Origin: a virus
Taxonomy: Duplodnaviria > Heunggongvirae > Uroviricota > Caudoviricetes
Strand: one strand, 5' to 3'
Length of the DNA stretch: 44,244 nt
Virus record (IMG/VR): IMGVR_UViG_2896595138_000007
Coordinates: 1 to 44,244 of that record
The stretch's first letter is position 1. Each line of letters begins with the position of its first letter. Both the position numbers and the translations under genes were made by a program. The notes beneath the pieces are model-generated. The model was given only the letters and a program-made list of their open reading frames with translations. It did no database searches and was not told the DNA's origin. Shown in pieces: positions 23,550 through 33,872 of this stretch.

Positions 23550-25650
23550 CCTCCGGAAGTCAGCCAGGGGTTAACATCGTCAGTTACTGTTTTCTTCCGT
23601 TTTTGTTTTTTAACAGGCGTGGATACCGGTTCCGGTGTGGGTGACGGTTCGGTACTGTCCGGGACACACTCCAGCCAGGTTTCCCGGCTCGCCCACTCCG
23701 GTGCATCCGGCCAGCGGATCTTTTCGTATCCATGCAGAATGACCAGAGCCTCGGCATACACCATCAGGTCAAAAGCTTCGTTGGCACCGCGACCCGGCTT
23801 ACTCCATTTCCCGTCACTGCACCGCTCTTCATACGTCAGTTCGTCGTAAAACCAGCTCCCCAGCCAGTCAGGGAAATGCACATAGCCGGGACCTGGCGAG
23901 TCACGCCATAACGCGTTATTCACCCGGTCTTTCAGGGCATCCGTCTGAAGAAGCCAGAGCGGCACATCACCTGCGGCCTGCGCCCGTCGGCCCGTTCGTC
24001 CGGTGTTATCAGGGAATGTACGGGTGATCAGTTTTGCGCGCCGGATGCTGTCGCCCTTAAACAGGTAAATACGTTTACCAAGTCCATCACGACGGCAACG
24101 ACGCCAGAATTTATAGGCATTATCAGTGACCCCGTCCTCACCGCCGGAGTCCACCGCCATTGCCATCAGTCGCATTTGTTGAGAAGGATCGGAGGCCAGC
24201 GGCCAGCTTTTATGAAAAACATCCGTCAGCAGGACATCCCAGTCTTCCGGATAGCTGGCCGGATCAATTCGCTGGCTCTCCCCGTCGCTGTCACCGCGCA
24301 ATGACTGCGTGATGTTGTAACGATCAATAATCCAGCGTTCGCCACGGCTGCCATAGCCCGTTACCTGAACCACAAAACGGCGATGACGTCCCGCCTGCAC
24401 ATCCACTGTCGCCACAAGGAAATTAACGCCATCCGGCACACTGCGGGAAGGAACTGGCTCTGCCCGCTGCTCAAGCCGTTCACTTTTTCGTTGCTCCATG
24501 CTGGCACGGGGAAGATAAGGTAATCCCCAGTCGGTATTGATAACCGTCTTGAGTGTTTCTTCACTTCCGGTTGTCTCGTATTCCTGTTCTGCAGTAAGCA
24601 GTTTGTAAACGAGTTGCGAGAGTGTCTGGTAAGCAGCTGCCGGACCCTCCATCCAGAATGACGCAATACGTGAGCGTCGGGGATCACCATAACGACTGCC
24701 ATCCGCATTGATGGATTCACCATCCCGCAACCAGACCCCACGTCCGTTCAGCTCACGTTTTTGTTCAGGCATAATCCGTCCTGAACAGGAAGGACACTGA
24801 ATATAAGCCGCCTCACTTGCCAGCACGGGATCGGCAATATCACGGAAACCAGCAACCACATCGCCGCAGGGCTGAAAATACTCACCACAGTGTGGACAGG
24901 GCCAGTACCAGCGACGGCGATCGCCACGGTTATAGAGCGACAGTATCCCCGTGGTTGGTGGAGCCTCATGCGGTGAAGTCCGTCGCCATTTCACATCCTT
25001 CACATCCCTGCCGGGGGAACTCTCCACCAGCGTCATACCACTGGACATAAATGTGGTGGTACGTTTTGAGGCAAGAGAGAAGGCATCCCCTCGCCATCAA
25101 TATCTTCCGGAAAACGGTCATAATCCGTCAGCGCCACGCATTTATAATCTGATGAGGACATGATATTGACTGACGGCCAGCCGATTTTCAGGTAGTTGCC
25201 AGCAAGGAATGTTCTGTCATAAACGTTGTTGTCATTTTTGTTCGGACTCAGGCGACTGACCACTTCCGGGCTGACGCGAAACGTTCTGGCAAGTCGTTTT
25301 TTGGAGTGTTCGCGGGCTTTTTCCTCCGTCATCTGAATGATCAGCATATCCGCAGGATCGCAAATCACGTTGTAAATCACCCAGCCGTCAATCAGGCCAA
25401 TAGTCTTGCCGGTTCGTGCCGGACCAACAAATATCACTGCGTCGTATTCACGCGAGGCCAGGCAGTTCATCGGCTCAATAACATACGGTGCCACCAGCGG
25501 ATCCCACGGGACTGAGTTCCCTGCCCCATGGGCACCCGCATATACTGAGCAACGGCATCAGCAACCCGCATTCGTCTCGGTGCGCGAAGGATATAACCTG
25601 AATCGGTTCGTGCTGCCTTTGCGGTTTCCTGATTCAGCATTACTCCTCCT
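23540..25650 (-). CDS. terL: Terminase large subunit (GpA family), two apparent 1-nt frame breaks at C/G runs (about 25088 and 25505)
   Basis: ORFs 25033..25494 and 23540..25048. Walker A VGPARTGKT; WYWPCPHCGEYFQ zinc motif as in lambda A. ATG at 25650 follows AGGAGGAGTA and opens a third frame piece. Confidence 0.85.
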
Positions 25651-26133
25651 GCTGTAATTCCTCCTCATCATCCGCACCTGCTTCAGTCACCCGCAGGGCT
25701 ATCTGATCGCGCAGATCATCAATAATGGACTGAACACGGCTCACAGCGGCAGGCTGCAGACCGCAGTCACGTTCAAGAATATCCGGTAATGTCTCCAGCA
25801 CCTGCACGACCGCTTTTGCCCAGATGGCAAACTCCCGTCTGACATCACTGGCCGGAATGAGTTGTGCCGTTTCCTGTTCGAACTTAAGACGCTCACGTTC
25901 AGACTGATACCAGGCTTTGCGCTCATGCGCGTCCATTTCGCCTTCTGCAACCGGCGGTGGTAATGCCAGAAATGCTGACACAATATCAACCACCCGATAA
26001 AGCTTGAGGTTGCTTTCATGCCCCCTGCAACGGGTAGATTTTGCAGCCTTGCCGCAGCAGTCTGGCGATGTACACCTGACAGTGCCGCCAGTTGACTGAT
26101 ATTCAGCGTCAGATTTTTTAACTCTCGATCCAT
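25640..26133 (-). CDS. terS: Terminase small subunit (Nu1-like), apparent 1-nt frame break at a G-run near 26021
   Basis: MDRELKNLTLNISQLAALSGVHRQTAAARL (HTH) in one frame, continuing ESNLKLYRVVDIVSAF... in the other; they rejoin if GGGGG is GGGGGG. Confidence 0.75.
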
Positions 26134-26302
26134 ACCCGCTCCAGAATGTTTTAAACATGCATCTTGCGAACAACTTTAGGCAAACGGTGTTAGTGGTGAA
26201 CAAAAAACAATCAAAATCGACACCATAAAAATAAAATCACCGTAATATCAATACATTACAGTAGTGGTGATGACGAATGAAATTTCAAAAACTAGCCTTT
26301 TT

Positions 26303-26330
26303 CCGCGACGCTCCCGCCCCGTGGCAGCCC
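26303..26330. other. cos-like site (cosN region)
   Basis: Minus strand reads GGGGCGGGAGCGTCGCGG...TTTTTGAAATTT, resembling the lambda cos end GGGCGGCGACCTCGCGGG...ATGAAAATTTT; located just upstream of terS. Confidence 0.4.
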
Positions 26331-26750
26331 CCCCACCGGGAGGACCCGTCAGCCAGACAGATCTGACGAACGTCTGATACAGAGCCTTGCATGAATGACA
26401 TCGGGATAATCAAAAAAGGCATAGCATCGTGCCCACAAGAATCTGTGTGAGTGTCCTGTTTCTTCCACCCCCGCACAGGACTGGCGAACATGAGGGACAA
26501 ACCCGCGAATCATTAGCGCGGTAAAAACCCGGTGTGCATCGTTTTTGATTATTCCCGCACACTCGCACAGAAGGAGTTCCCCGTCGGGCTACGGTCATGG
26601 TTAATGCGGGAATACAGCGACGATACAGCGCATGATGTGTCAGGCTTGAATACCTTTATCCGTTAAAAGGGATATCAGTTAAGTTATCCTGCGTAGGGTA
26701 TAAGCCATTGTCAAAGACACTCGACATGGAATGGGCTTTGTAATAGCAAT

Positions 26751-26770
26751 AAAAAACCGCCCGGAGGCGG
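26751..26770 (-). terminator. Rho-independent terminator downstream of the 79-aa moron
   Basis: Minus strand has GCCGCC-tccg-GGCGG hairpin followed by TTTTTTATT. Confidence 0.55.
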
Positions 26771-26810
26771 CATTTCAAGTGTGACGTATGTTAGATCAAA
26801 AACTTAAATA

Positions 26811-27050
26811 CTAACTGTCGAATTTGTTTCGTAACTCCGGCGACAGTGACGACCACCAGTTTATCGCTTCAAGTGCTTCTTTCTCTATATATTTTTTTTT
26901 ATAGAATGCTTGCAATTGAGGTAGCACATTATCATGTGAGAATGCCTCTGAAATTTTGAAGTCTGCACCTAAGTGCATCGCTCCCATTTTCAATACCTTG
27001 AGATACCCATGGATTTCAGCATGTTTTTCAAAATCATCTAATATATTCAT
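26811..27050 (-). CDS. Hypothetical 79-aa moron protein between the lysis cassette and cos
   Basis: AT-rich ORF with AAGGA ribosome-binding site and its own downstream terminator; no recognisable domain. Confidence 0.5.
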   Translation of the reverse strand: MNILDDFEKHAEIHGYLKVLKMGAMHLGADFKISEAFSHDNVLPQLQAFYKKKYIEKEALEAINWWSSLSPELRNKFDS

Positions 27051-27076
27051 TTCTTCATCCTTTAGTGAGAACGCTC

Positions 27077-27111
27077 AACATACAACATACAACATACTAC
27101 ATACTACATAA
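27077..27111. repeat. Tandem heptamer repeat (AACATAC)x3 (TACATAC)x2
   Basis: Five consecutive 7-bp units read directly from the sequence, between the Rz stop and the start of the 79-aa ORF. Confidence 0.85.
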
Positions 27112-27595
27112 TGCACTGGGTGACGATATAGTTCTGCAGATAACTAATCTGTTTAGTCACTGTGACGATTCGCTCTCTAAGGGTGAAATAATCCCGTTCA
27201 GCGGAGTCATTAAGTCGGGGGCTGGTAACATCGCCCAAGCTGCCGGTGCTGGTCGCTCCATTCGCGGGACATCTGGCGTTGAAGTGCAGCCCACACTTGC
27301 CAGTGCGAACACAACGCTGCAAATCATCAAGCTGCTTTTTAGCATCAGCTAAGTCCTTCGTGTATTTGGCATCCAGAGCCGCTACATCACGCTGGCGGAT
27401 CTGCATGTCTTTGATGGTGGCGTTCGCCAGTTTCAGTTCTCTGGTGTTTTTGTCGCGCTGCTCTTTGTAAGTCATGGCGTTATCACGGTAATGATTAGCA
27501 GCCCATGACAGGCAGACGATGATGCAGATAACCAGAGCGGAGATAATCGCGGTTAATCTGCTCATTTCTGCCCCACAAACAGACTTCATGCTCAA
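27104..27595 (-). CDS. Rz: i-spanin Rz
   Basis: [30 protein letters not shown] is an N-terminal transmembrane anchor followed by a coiled-coil region; downstream of the endolysin. Confidence 0.85.
   Translation of the reverse strand: MSMKSVCGAEMSRLTAIISALVICIIVCLSWAANHYRDNAMTYKEQRDKNTRELKLANATIKDMQIRQRDVAALDAKYTKDLADAKKQLDDLQRCVRTGKCGLHFNARCPANGATSTGSLGDVTSPRLNDSAERDYFTLRERIVTVTKQISYLQNYIVTQCIM
27157..27345 (-). CDS. Rz1: o-spanin Rz1 lipoprotein, embedded in Rz in another frame
   Basis: 62 aa, lipobox-like ...LASVGC, proline-rich, fully inside Rz. Confidence 0.7.
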   Translation of the reverse strand: MLKSSLMICSVVFALASVGCTSTPDVPRMERPAPAAWAMLPAPDLMTPLNGIISPLESESSQ

Positions 27596-27916
27596 TCTCC
27601 CGACGAGTCATCAGTCCTTTCCATTGCTTACCGCCAGCGTATGTCCAGCGACGTAGCTGATCACACGCACCTTTGATATCGTCCCGGTTGATTTTGCGAA
27701 GAAGCGTCGATGTTCTGAAATTTCCAGCACCCACGTTGTAAACGAACGAGTAAAGAGCGCCGCGCGTTGTTTCCGGTATATCGACTTTGATGTACGGGTT
27801 AATTTGTCTGGCGACCGTGGCAAGGTCTTTATTCAGGAGGGCTTTGCATTCTGCTTCAGTATACGTTTTACCTAGCATGATGTCTTTTCCGGTGTGTCCG
27901 TAACATACAGTCCATA
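27495..27916 (-). pseudogene. Endolysin (lysozyme, RrrD-like), 3' fragment separated from its 5' part by an IS3-family element
   Basis: ...[34 protein letters not shown]...; the 48-aa N-terminus lies on the other side of the IS. Confidence 0.85.
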
Positions 27917-27962
27917 CACTGAGGTATACTGGCAATAGCGGACACTACCATTTGTTCTTTTT

Positions 27963-28781
27963 TTAAGCAGCCATCTGATGATATTTTTCCCTGAAGGCTG
28001 CCGGGGAGATATTCCCCAGACGAGAGTGACGACGCTGACGATTGTAGAAAATCTCAATGTATTCCCGTATTACTGAGATGGCTTCATCCCGGTTATTAAA
28101 ACGATAGTGGCTCAGGCTCTCATTTTTCAGCGTTCCCCAGAAGCTTTCCATCGGAGCGTTGTCGTAACAGTTACCTTTACGCGACATTGATGTTTTCAGA
28201 CCAAACTGCTCCTGTATGACCCGGTAATCGTATGCGCAGTACTGTGAACCTCGATCAGAGTGGTGGATTAGCCCGGCAGGTGGGCGCTGGCTCCTGAGCG
28301 CCATAAACAGGGCTTTACCTGTCAGCTCTTTTGTCATGCGCTCTCCCATGGCGTAGCCGACAATTTCGCACGTATAAACATCTTTGATGCCAGCGAGGTA
28401 CAACCATCCCTCCTGTGTGGCAACATACGTCAGGTCCGCCACCCAGACCTGATTTGGTGCTGTAGGAGCGAACGTCTGGTTCAGCAGATTTGGCGCAACT
28501 GGCAGATTGTGGTTCGGGTTCGTAGTCGCTCTGAACTTGCGTTTCTGCTTACAGCGTAGCCTTAGCTCCTTACGAAGACGTGCCAGTCGGTCACGACCAA
28601 CGATGATGCCATTCTCTGCCAGCTCCGTCTGGAGCCGCCGGGTTCCATATGTTTCGCGAGTGCGGATATGTGCCACCTTAATCTCCAGTTTTAGCCGCTC
28701 ATCACTTTGTTTTCTGTCTGAGGGTTCATGCTGTACCCGGTTGTAATAACCGCTCCTGGATACACCAAATACCTGACACAT
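27963..28781 (-). CDS. IS3-family transposase OrfB (DDE integrase domain)
   Basis: 272 aa with HSDRGSQY and GNCYDNAPMESFW motifs. Confidence 0.9.
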   Translation of the reverse strand: MCQVFGVSRSGYYNRVQHEPSDRKQSDERLKLEIKVAHIRTRETYGTRRLQTELAENGIIVGRDRLARLRKELRLRCKQKRKFRATTNPNHNLPVAPNLLNQTFAPTAPNQVWVADLTYVATQEGWLYLAGIKDVYTCEIVGYAMGERMTKELTGKALFMALRSQRPPAGLIHHSDRGSQYCAYDYRVIQEQFGLKTSMSRKGNCYDNAPMESFWGTLKNESLSHYRFNNRDEAISVIREYIEIFYNRQRRHSRLGNISPAAFREKYHQMAA

Positions 28782-28816
28782 CGCTTCAATGGGAAATTGT
28801 TGTCGCCATTGTTCGA

Positions 28817-29119
28817 TTAACGCGTATTTTTCAGCGACTCCTGTGCAAAATACGCTGTTGCTTTTTTTAATATATCTCGCTCAAGGCGAGCTTCATTTAA
28901 CGCCTTACGCAGTTGCAGAATTTCAGATTCCAGTTCAGCCACCGTGCGGGAACCAGGAGTACCGAGCCCTTTTCTGGCGGCGGTAACCCATTGTCCTAAA
29001 GTGCCTTCAGGAAGGGATAATCGGGAAGCGCCTTCACTGATCGAAAGTTGATTTTCAGGAACCGTTCTGACAGCTTCGGCTTTGAACTCTTTAGAGTAAC
29101 GTTGGGTTTTTCTGCTCAT
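28817..29119 (-). CDS. IS3-family transposase OrfA (HTH)
   Basis: 100 aa, MSRKTQRYSKEFKAEAVR...; an A7 slippery run at 28848-28854 is the expected site for -1 frameshifting into OrfB. Confidence 0.9.
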   Translation of the reverse strand: MSRKTQRYSKEFKAEAVRTVPENQLSISEGASRLSLPEGTLGQWVTAARKGLGTPGSRTVAELESEILQLRKALNEARLERDILKKATAYFAQESLKNTR

Positions 29120-29176
29120 TATTAGCTCCTTCTGATGCCATTCTATTTCAGGAAGGAGTGTCCGTTAAACTCAGGC

Positions 29177-29321
29177 TACCTCACACCAACAATATCTTTG
29201 TATGGTATGTGGCTGACACCTTCCAGACCATCGTCACCACTTGGGCCAGTGATTAACACAGATGCTATAGCAATTGCCCCACCACCAATAGCAGCAGCAA
29301 CAGCCTTGCGTAATGATGGCG
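29177..29321 (-). pseudogene. Endolysin 5' fragment (signal-anchor N-terminus)
   Basis: ATG at 29321 gives [48 protein letters not shown], then runs into the IS terminus. Confidence 0.8.
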
Positions 29322-29324
29322 ACA

Positions 29325-29603
29325 TTATTCACCTCTCGCAGCCTTACGCTTATCTTCTTTAATCTTGAAATAAAGGTTTGTCAGATACGTCAGCAAGCCA
29401 AATACCAGACTACCCAGCACACCTATTGCCGCCCACTGTGAGGGCGTGACTTTATCGAGCAACTGTAAAAACCAGTACCCGGCACTACCTGCTGAGGTGC
29501 CATAGGCGACACTCGTTGTTAACTTATCCATGGATTTCATAACCCCACCTCGCAGATGCGGGTGCTGTGTAATGGAAATAAAAAGGCCACCTGACGTGGC
29601 CAC
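29325..29603 (-). CDS. Holin (class II, S21/EssD-like)
   Basis: [31 protein letters not shown]...[13 protein letters not shown]; likely true start at 29540. Confidence 0.8.
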   Translation of the reverse strand: MATSGGLFISITQHPHLRGGVMKSMDKLTTSVAYGTSAGSAGYWFLQLLDKVTPSQWAAIGVLGSLVFGLLTYLTNLYFKIKEDKRKAARGE

Positions 29604-29607
29604 CAGA

Positions 29608-30660
29608 TTATTTCCCCACCAGCTCGTTTATCTCTTTCACTGTCTGGTTAAACCGCTCTGACTCAAGCTCAACACCTAAGGCCCGACGCCCCAGCGCCAT
29701 TGCTGCTTTTATTGTGGAACCGGATCCCATAAAAAAATCAGCAACCAGATCACCAGGTCGACTACTGGCATTGATTATTTGCCGGAGCATATCCGCAGGT
29801 TTCTCACACGGATGTTTACCCGGGTAGAACTGAACGGGTTTATGCATCCAGACATCGGTATAAGGCACGGAGACTGATACGGAGAAATAGCGCCGGAGAG
29901 ATTTAAACTCATCCAGCAATTCAGAATATTTGCGATTCAGTGAATCATAAGATGCCACCAGCTGGTGGTGTGGTTGTTCCAGTTGTTGTTCCTGAAACTT
30001 CTCTGCCGCTATACGGGAAAACAGTGCCTGTAACTTCCGATAGTCAGCCTCATTCGGCAACTGCCACTGACTGGCACCAAACCAGTGGGAAACCATATTT
30101 TTCTTACCTGTGGCTTCGGCAATTTGTTTTGCCGTTATACCCAGTTCGGCACGAGCATCCCTGAAATACGATATCAGCGGTGCCATTATGTGCTGTTTGA
30201 GTTCCCTTTCTTTTGCCGCATAGCCGTCACTTTTGCCGCGATATGGCCCCTGGTAATGTTCAGCAAACAGAACGCGCTCTGTGGCAGGAAAATATGCGCG
30301 CAGACTTTCTTTATTACACCCATTCCAACGTCCGGACGGCTTCGCCCAGATGATATGGTTAAGCACGTTGAAACGTTCACGCATCATGATCTCAATATCA
30401 GATGCCAGGCGATGTCCACAGAACAGGTAAAGGCTTCCGGAAGGTTTCAACACCCGCCAGAACTGGGCCAGACAGTGGTCCAGCCACTTAATGTAATCTT
30501 CGTCCCCTTTCCACTGATTGTCCCAACCGTTGAGTTTCACCTTGAAGTACGGCGGATCGGTAACAATCAGGTCAATGGAATCATCAGGCAGGGACTGAAT
30601 AAAATGCAGGCAATCAGCGTTGATTAAATCAACACTGTTTATTTTTACAGTATTTTTCAT
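29608..30660 (-). CDS. DNA methyltransferase (N6-adenine/N4-cytosine class; orphan)
   Basis: DPPY motif (LIVTDPPYF) near the N-terminus and FFMGSGST near the C-terminus; no adjacent restriction endonuclease gene. Confidence 0.85.
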   Translation of the reverse strand: MKNTVKINSVDLINADCLHFIQSLPDDSIDLIVTDPPYFKVKLNGWDNQWKGDEDYIKWLDHCLAQFWRVLKPSGSLYLFCGHRLASDIEIMMRERFNVLNHIIWAKPSGRWNGCNKESLRAYFPATERVLFAEHYQGPYRGKSDGYAAKERELKQHIMAPLISYFRDARAELGITAKQIAEATGKKNMVSHWFGASQWQLPNEADYRKLQALFSRIAAEKFQEQQLEQPHHQLVASYDSLNRKYSELLDEFKSLRRYFSVSVSVPYTDVWMHKPVQFYPGKHPCEKPADMLRQIINASSRPGDLVADFFMGSGSTIKAAMALGRRALGVELESERFNQTVKEINELVGK

Positions 30661-30810
30661 GGATCAGTAAGCGTAACTCTGGTAGGCTCACTCTGCTTTT
30701 GCGCTAAAGCAGTGGGCCGTGGTTCGCTTGTGACCAGTAAGCATGAGCGAATGGCTGGCAGGTGCTACCAACACCCACCAGCCGCCCATTTTCACAGCAG
30801 GAAACCGCCA

Positions 30811-31038
30811 TTACTGGCAGCGTCTGAATTTATTCCCGTACCCGCCGTTATCCTTCGCCAGACCCGCCATAACTAACTGAGTCAGTATTAACTGGCACCG
30901 GGCTTCGCTTACTCCGGTAGTTCTCGTCATCATGCGTGGCGTTACCCACTTGTCAGCAGGTAAGAAATGAAGGACTGCGGCGGCGGCTTCTGTCATATCT
31001 TGCTGTTTTAGCATGTCTTTTTCCCTTCTGGTTAACAT
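30811..31038 (-). CDS. Hypothetical protein
   Basis: 75-aa ORF between the tR'-like terminator and the methyltransferase. Confidence 0.3.
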   Translation of the reverse strand: MLTRREKDMLKQQDMTEAAAAVLHFLPADKWVTPRMMTRTTGVSEARCQLILTQLVMAGLAKDNGGYGNKFRRCQ

Positions 31039-31136
31039 GACATACCAATAACTCTTGTCTAAAAAGCCAGCAAGATAAAAAGTCAGTATTCACGAACACC
31101 AGCGTGTTTACTGTACTGCACCAAGTTTACAGGTAC

Positions 31137-31159
31137 AAAAAAACCCGCTCAGTGGCGGG
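31137..31159 (-). terminator. Rho-independent terminator downstream of Q (tR'-like)
   Basis: Minus strand has CCCGC-cactga-GCGGG hairpin followed by TTTTTTT; about 110 bp downstream of the Q stop. Confidence 0.5.
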
Positions 31160-31267
31160 TTCTTAAATCTTATCAACGGTAGACATACAAAGCCCATCGT
31201 TGTGAAAATCTTATCCATATTTTTTGAAAAACGCAAGCATCATGTCGTCATCTTCGGCGAAAACCAT

Positions 31268-32020
31268 TTATCTTGTCACCTTTCTCAATTGTATCTCTGC
31301 ATATGCTTCTTCCTGCCAGCACTTTGTAACCAGTTTATCAATGACATCTGCATATCCTTTGTACCACTGATAATCCGTCAGGTCTGGTACCAGCTTCTGG
31401 ACATGAAGCCGCGCCAGTGTGGTTGGTAAACGGCTAAACCGGTTTCCATTGCAACGCCCACAAACCTTATAAACAGGCGTGCCATGAAGCCGGGTTCTTT
31501 TTTCATCTAGGACAATACCTTTACCCTTACACCCTCTGCACGCTGTGCTGACTTCTCCCTTACCATGACAATGCTGACACAGTTCCTTCACCCACTCTTC
31601 CTTGATAACAGATTCCCCGCTTCTGGAGTGTTTCACCACTTCGCGCAATACATTATGAAATCCAGTACCAGCACAATGCTCACAGCGAGCCTTACTTGCC
31701 GCAGACCTGGAATAATCAGCAAAGGCAAAATTCACAAGGTAAGGGATGATCTGTAACCGGGTTTCTTCACTCAATTTGTTCAATGTCGGGTTATCCAGTG
31801 CCATCGCGTAATTGAGCAGACCTTCAATCGCAAACTGAGGATCCTGAACACCAACTTTTGCCAGGAATAAGGCAAACCCAAGCGGTGCTTTCGACTGCAC
31901 CATCCCCTGCGCAGCCATTACATCCGTAATTGTTAAACCACCAGAGCCTGTCGCCGGTGCGTCATCGCTCAATTTTGGAGATTTCGGGGAGTAATATTTC
32001 GGTAAGGCTTCAAGGTTCAT
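31268..32020 (-). CDS. Q: Late-gene antiterminator Q (Qin-prophage type)
   Basis: 250 aa with paired CxxC zinc motifs (CEHCAGTG, CQHCHGKG, CRGCKGKG, CGRCNG); upstream of the lysis cassette. Confidence 0.85.
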   Translation of the reverse strand: MNLEALPKYYSPKSPKLSDDAPATGSGGLTITDVMAAQGMVQSKAPLGFALFLAKVGVQDPQFAIEGLLNYAMALDNPTLNKLSEETRLQIIPYLVNFAFADYSRSAASKARCEHCAGTGFHNVLREVVKHSRSGESVIKEEWVKELCQHCHGKGEVSTACRGCKGKGIVLDEKRTRLHGTPVYKVCGRCNGNRFSRLPTTLARLHVQKLVPDLTDYQWYKGYADVIDKLVTKCWQEEAYAEIQLRKVTR

Positions 32021-32033
32021 GCTCGTTCTCCAC

Positions 32034-32987
32034 TTACGCCAGTACGCCTATTGCCAGCGCACGATCGATAAAACGAAATATCAGCTCCAGCTGGGAACCA
32101 TACTTCTCTTCAAATGCCACGGTATCCGCATGCAGCTCGTCGTGATGCTTTCTGCACAAAGGCAACACAAAGAGGTCATGCGCTTTTGTAGCCATTCCAC
32201 CCTGACCGTGGCCTATCAGGTGGTGGGGATCATCAGCAGGCTTTCCACAACATGCACACGGCTGTGTCTTAACCCAGCGTGTGTACTTTTCATTAACCCA
32301 GCGGCGACGTTTTGGGCGTAACATAAAAGACTCCGGCGACTCCGGATCCACTTTCAGCGCCAGCACCTTTTTCGCCTTATCCTGGATGATGCTGGTGGCA
32401 GGAACCGAAGGCACAAGGTCACTTTCCCGGGTGACAGACGGCACAACAGGCTTCGGTAATCTCAGTGCCTTACGGGCTGCACTTTCCGGTAAGGCATCCG
32501 CCAGGTCATTACGAATCAGCCACCAGCACAGTTCCGGCATTGTCACAACGTGACTATCATCAAAACCGAGATCCCGACGCACAACAGACAACACCCAGCG
32601 GGCACAGTTATCCGTTGCCATTGATTCCAGCCGTTCCGTGAACTGATCACGCAGCTGGTTATCGCAGTGCCAGCACAGACGGATTGCGCCCGGCGCGTGT
32701 CGCATTGTTGTCATGTTCTCGCTGTGCCAGTCGGAATGAGGCCACTGGCAGCCTTTTTCACGAAGTAACCAGCTTTCAAGACATTCCACGCCACCAGCAC
32801 GACGGATCACTGCCTCATTGCGGAACACGGCCCGAACGGCAGGATCATCCGCCAGCGGTTGTGATGCCGCCGGAACGGCACCACTGGCGAAAGATGAATA
32901 ACGTTCCGGCTCAGGCTCCAGCAGGACACGCCCCTGCATAAACAGGGGCATCAGCTCTGAACCTGGTCTGAACAATACGATCCCCAT
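32034..32987 (-). CDS. DUF968-like protein with C-terminal HNH-like zinc-finger motif
   Basis: C-terminus CACCGKPADDPHHLIGHGQGG...LPLCRKHHDELH. Confidence 0.55.
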   Translation of the reverse strand: MGIVLFRPGSELMPLFMQGRVLLEPEPERYSSFASGAVPAASQPLADDPAVRAVFRNEAVIRRAGGVECLESWLLREKGCQWPHSDWHSENMTTMRHAPGAIRLCWHCDNQLRDQFTERLESMATDNCARWVLSVVRRDLGFDDSHVVTMPELCWWLIRNDLADALPESAARKALRLPKPVVPSVTRESDLVPSVPATSIIQDKAKKVLALKVDPESPESFMLRPKRRRWVNEKYTRWVKTQPCACCGKPADDPHHLIGHGQGGMATKAHDLFVLPLCRKHHDELHADTVAFEEKYGSQLELIFRFIDRALAIGVLA

Positions 32988-33029
32988 ACGCGGGGCAATT
33001 TCAGGGTCAGTAGTGCTCTCACGGTCACC

Positions 33030-33872
33030 TCAATGTACGGTATCGAGCAGCTTTAACAGCTCAGGGAATCGGGATTCGAAGAAATGCGGCTGCGTCTCGC
33101 GCGGATTTGCGGGACTGGTGATGTTCTTGCCGAACATGCAGCCTTTCGCTGTCAGTGACCAGAATTTTTTGATGTTGTTAATCGCGGTACGGCTGTATCG
33201 TTCGCGCTGCTCGACGATCCCCAGCTTCACCATCTGGTGATATGCCTGATTAGCTGTCAGGCGGATACCATACTGCTTCAGCAATGCACTCAGTGACAGC
33301 GTGGGGCGGCTTGAGCCATCAGGCGCGTCAGCAGGAGCATCAATGGCATAGCGCGGTGCCAGATTCGGTAAGCCAACAGCCTCCTGGAGTTTCTGACAGG
33401 CCCCAAGCACTGAAGAGTTAGATAGGTTTAACTCCCTGCGCATAAAGTCCAGCAGAATCACTCCAGCCTGCATCTTGTCAGCAGCCTGCCCGGATAATTT
33501 TTCCGGTGCGCTGGTTACCATATCGAAAGTACGGATCACCTTCAGATGGAATGACGGGCTGATCCACATTGCATAGGCATACACCAGTTCCTTGCAGACA
33601 TAAGTTCCCCGTTCATTTCCCCCATGAATCACACTCACCGGGTCAACACCCAAATTCTGGGTGTTGGTCAATTCATGAACAAGTTCAACAGTTTGTTGGC
33701 TGGAAAGAAACTTTCCTGGCTCCTTGGTTCTGGCATTTGCACCAGATGCTACTGCTGCGCGATGCAGATCGTTCAGGCTGTAACGCCCATAAGCATCACG
33801 ACGAACTTCAATACCATCAATGACCATCAGATTATTCATACTTCGTTTCTCCTTTTGCTCAGGCGGCTGCAC
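33030..33872 (-). CDS. KilA-N domain protein (antirepressor-like)
   Basis: N-terminal IDGIEVRRDAYGRYSLNDLHRA...HGGNERGTYVCKELVYAYAMWISPSFHLKVIRTF is KilA-N-like. Confidence 0.7.
   Translation of the reverse strand: MQPPEQKEKRSMNNLMVIDGIEVRRDAYGRYSLNDLHRAAVASGANARTKEPGKFLSSQQTVELVHELTNTQNLGVDPVSVIHGGNERGTYVCKELVYAYAMWISPSFHLKVIRTFDMVTSAPEKLSGQAADKMQAGVILLDFMRRELNLSNSSVLGACQKLQEAVGLPNLAPRYAIDAPADAPDGSSRPTLSLSALLKQYGIRLTANQAYHQMVKLGIVEQRERYSRTAINNIKKFWSLTAKGCMFGKNITSPANPRETQPHFFESRFPELLKLLDTVH

Larger units (their letters stand above)
27920..29173. mobile_element. IS3-family insertion sequence inside the endolysin gene
   Basis: Imperfect terminal inverted repeats beginning TGAGGTA and ending in CGGACACT (19/27 match); 3-bp direct repeat CAC at 27917-27919 and 29174-29176; joining the flanks restores ...KDIVGVWTVC. 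Confidence 0.85.

Noticed and set aside
26285-26598. ORFs 26285..26500 (-) and 26410..26598 (-) in the cos region
   Set aside because: They overlap each other and the cos-like sequence, and their translations are Cys/Arg/Gly-rich without motifs; more likely non-coding packaging-site DNA.
30661-30810. Possible tRNA genes downstream of Q, as in some Stx-type lambdoid phages
   Set aside because: No cloverleaf-compatible sequence seen (no GTTCGAATC-like T-arm or acceptor-stem complementarity) in 30661-30810 or 31039-31267.
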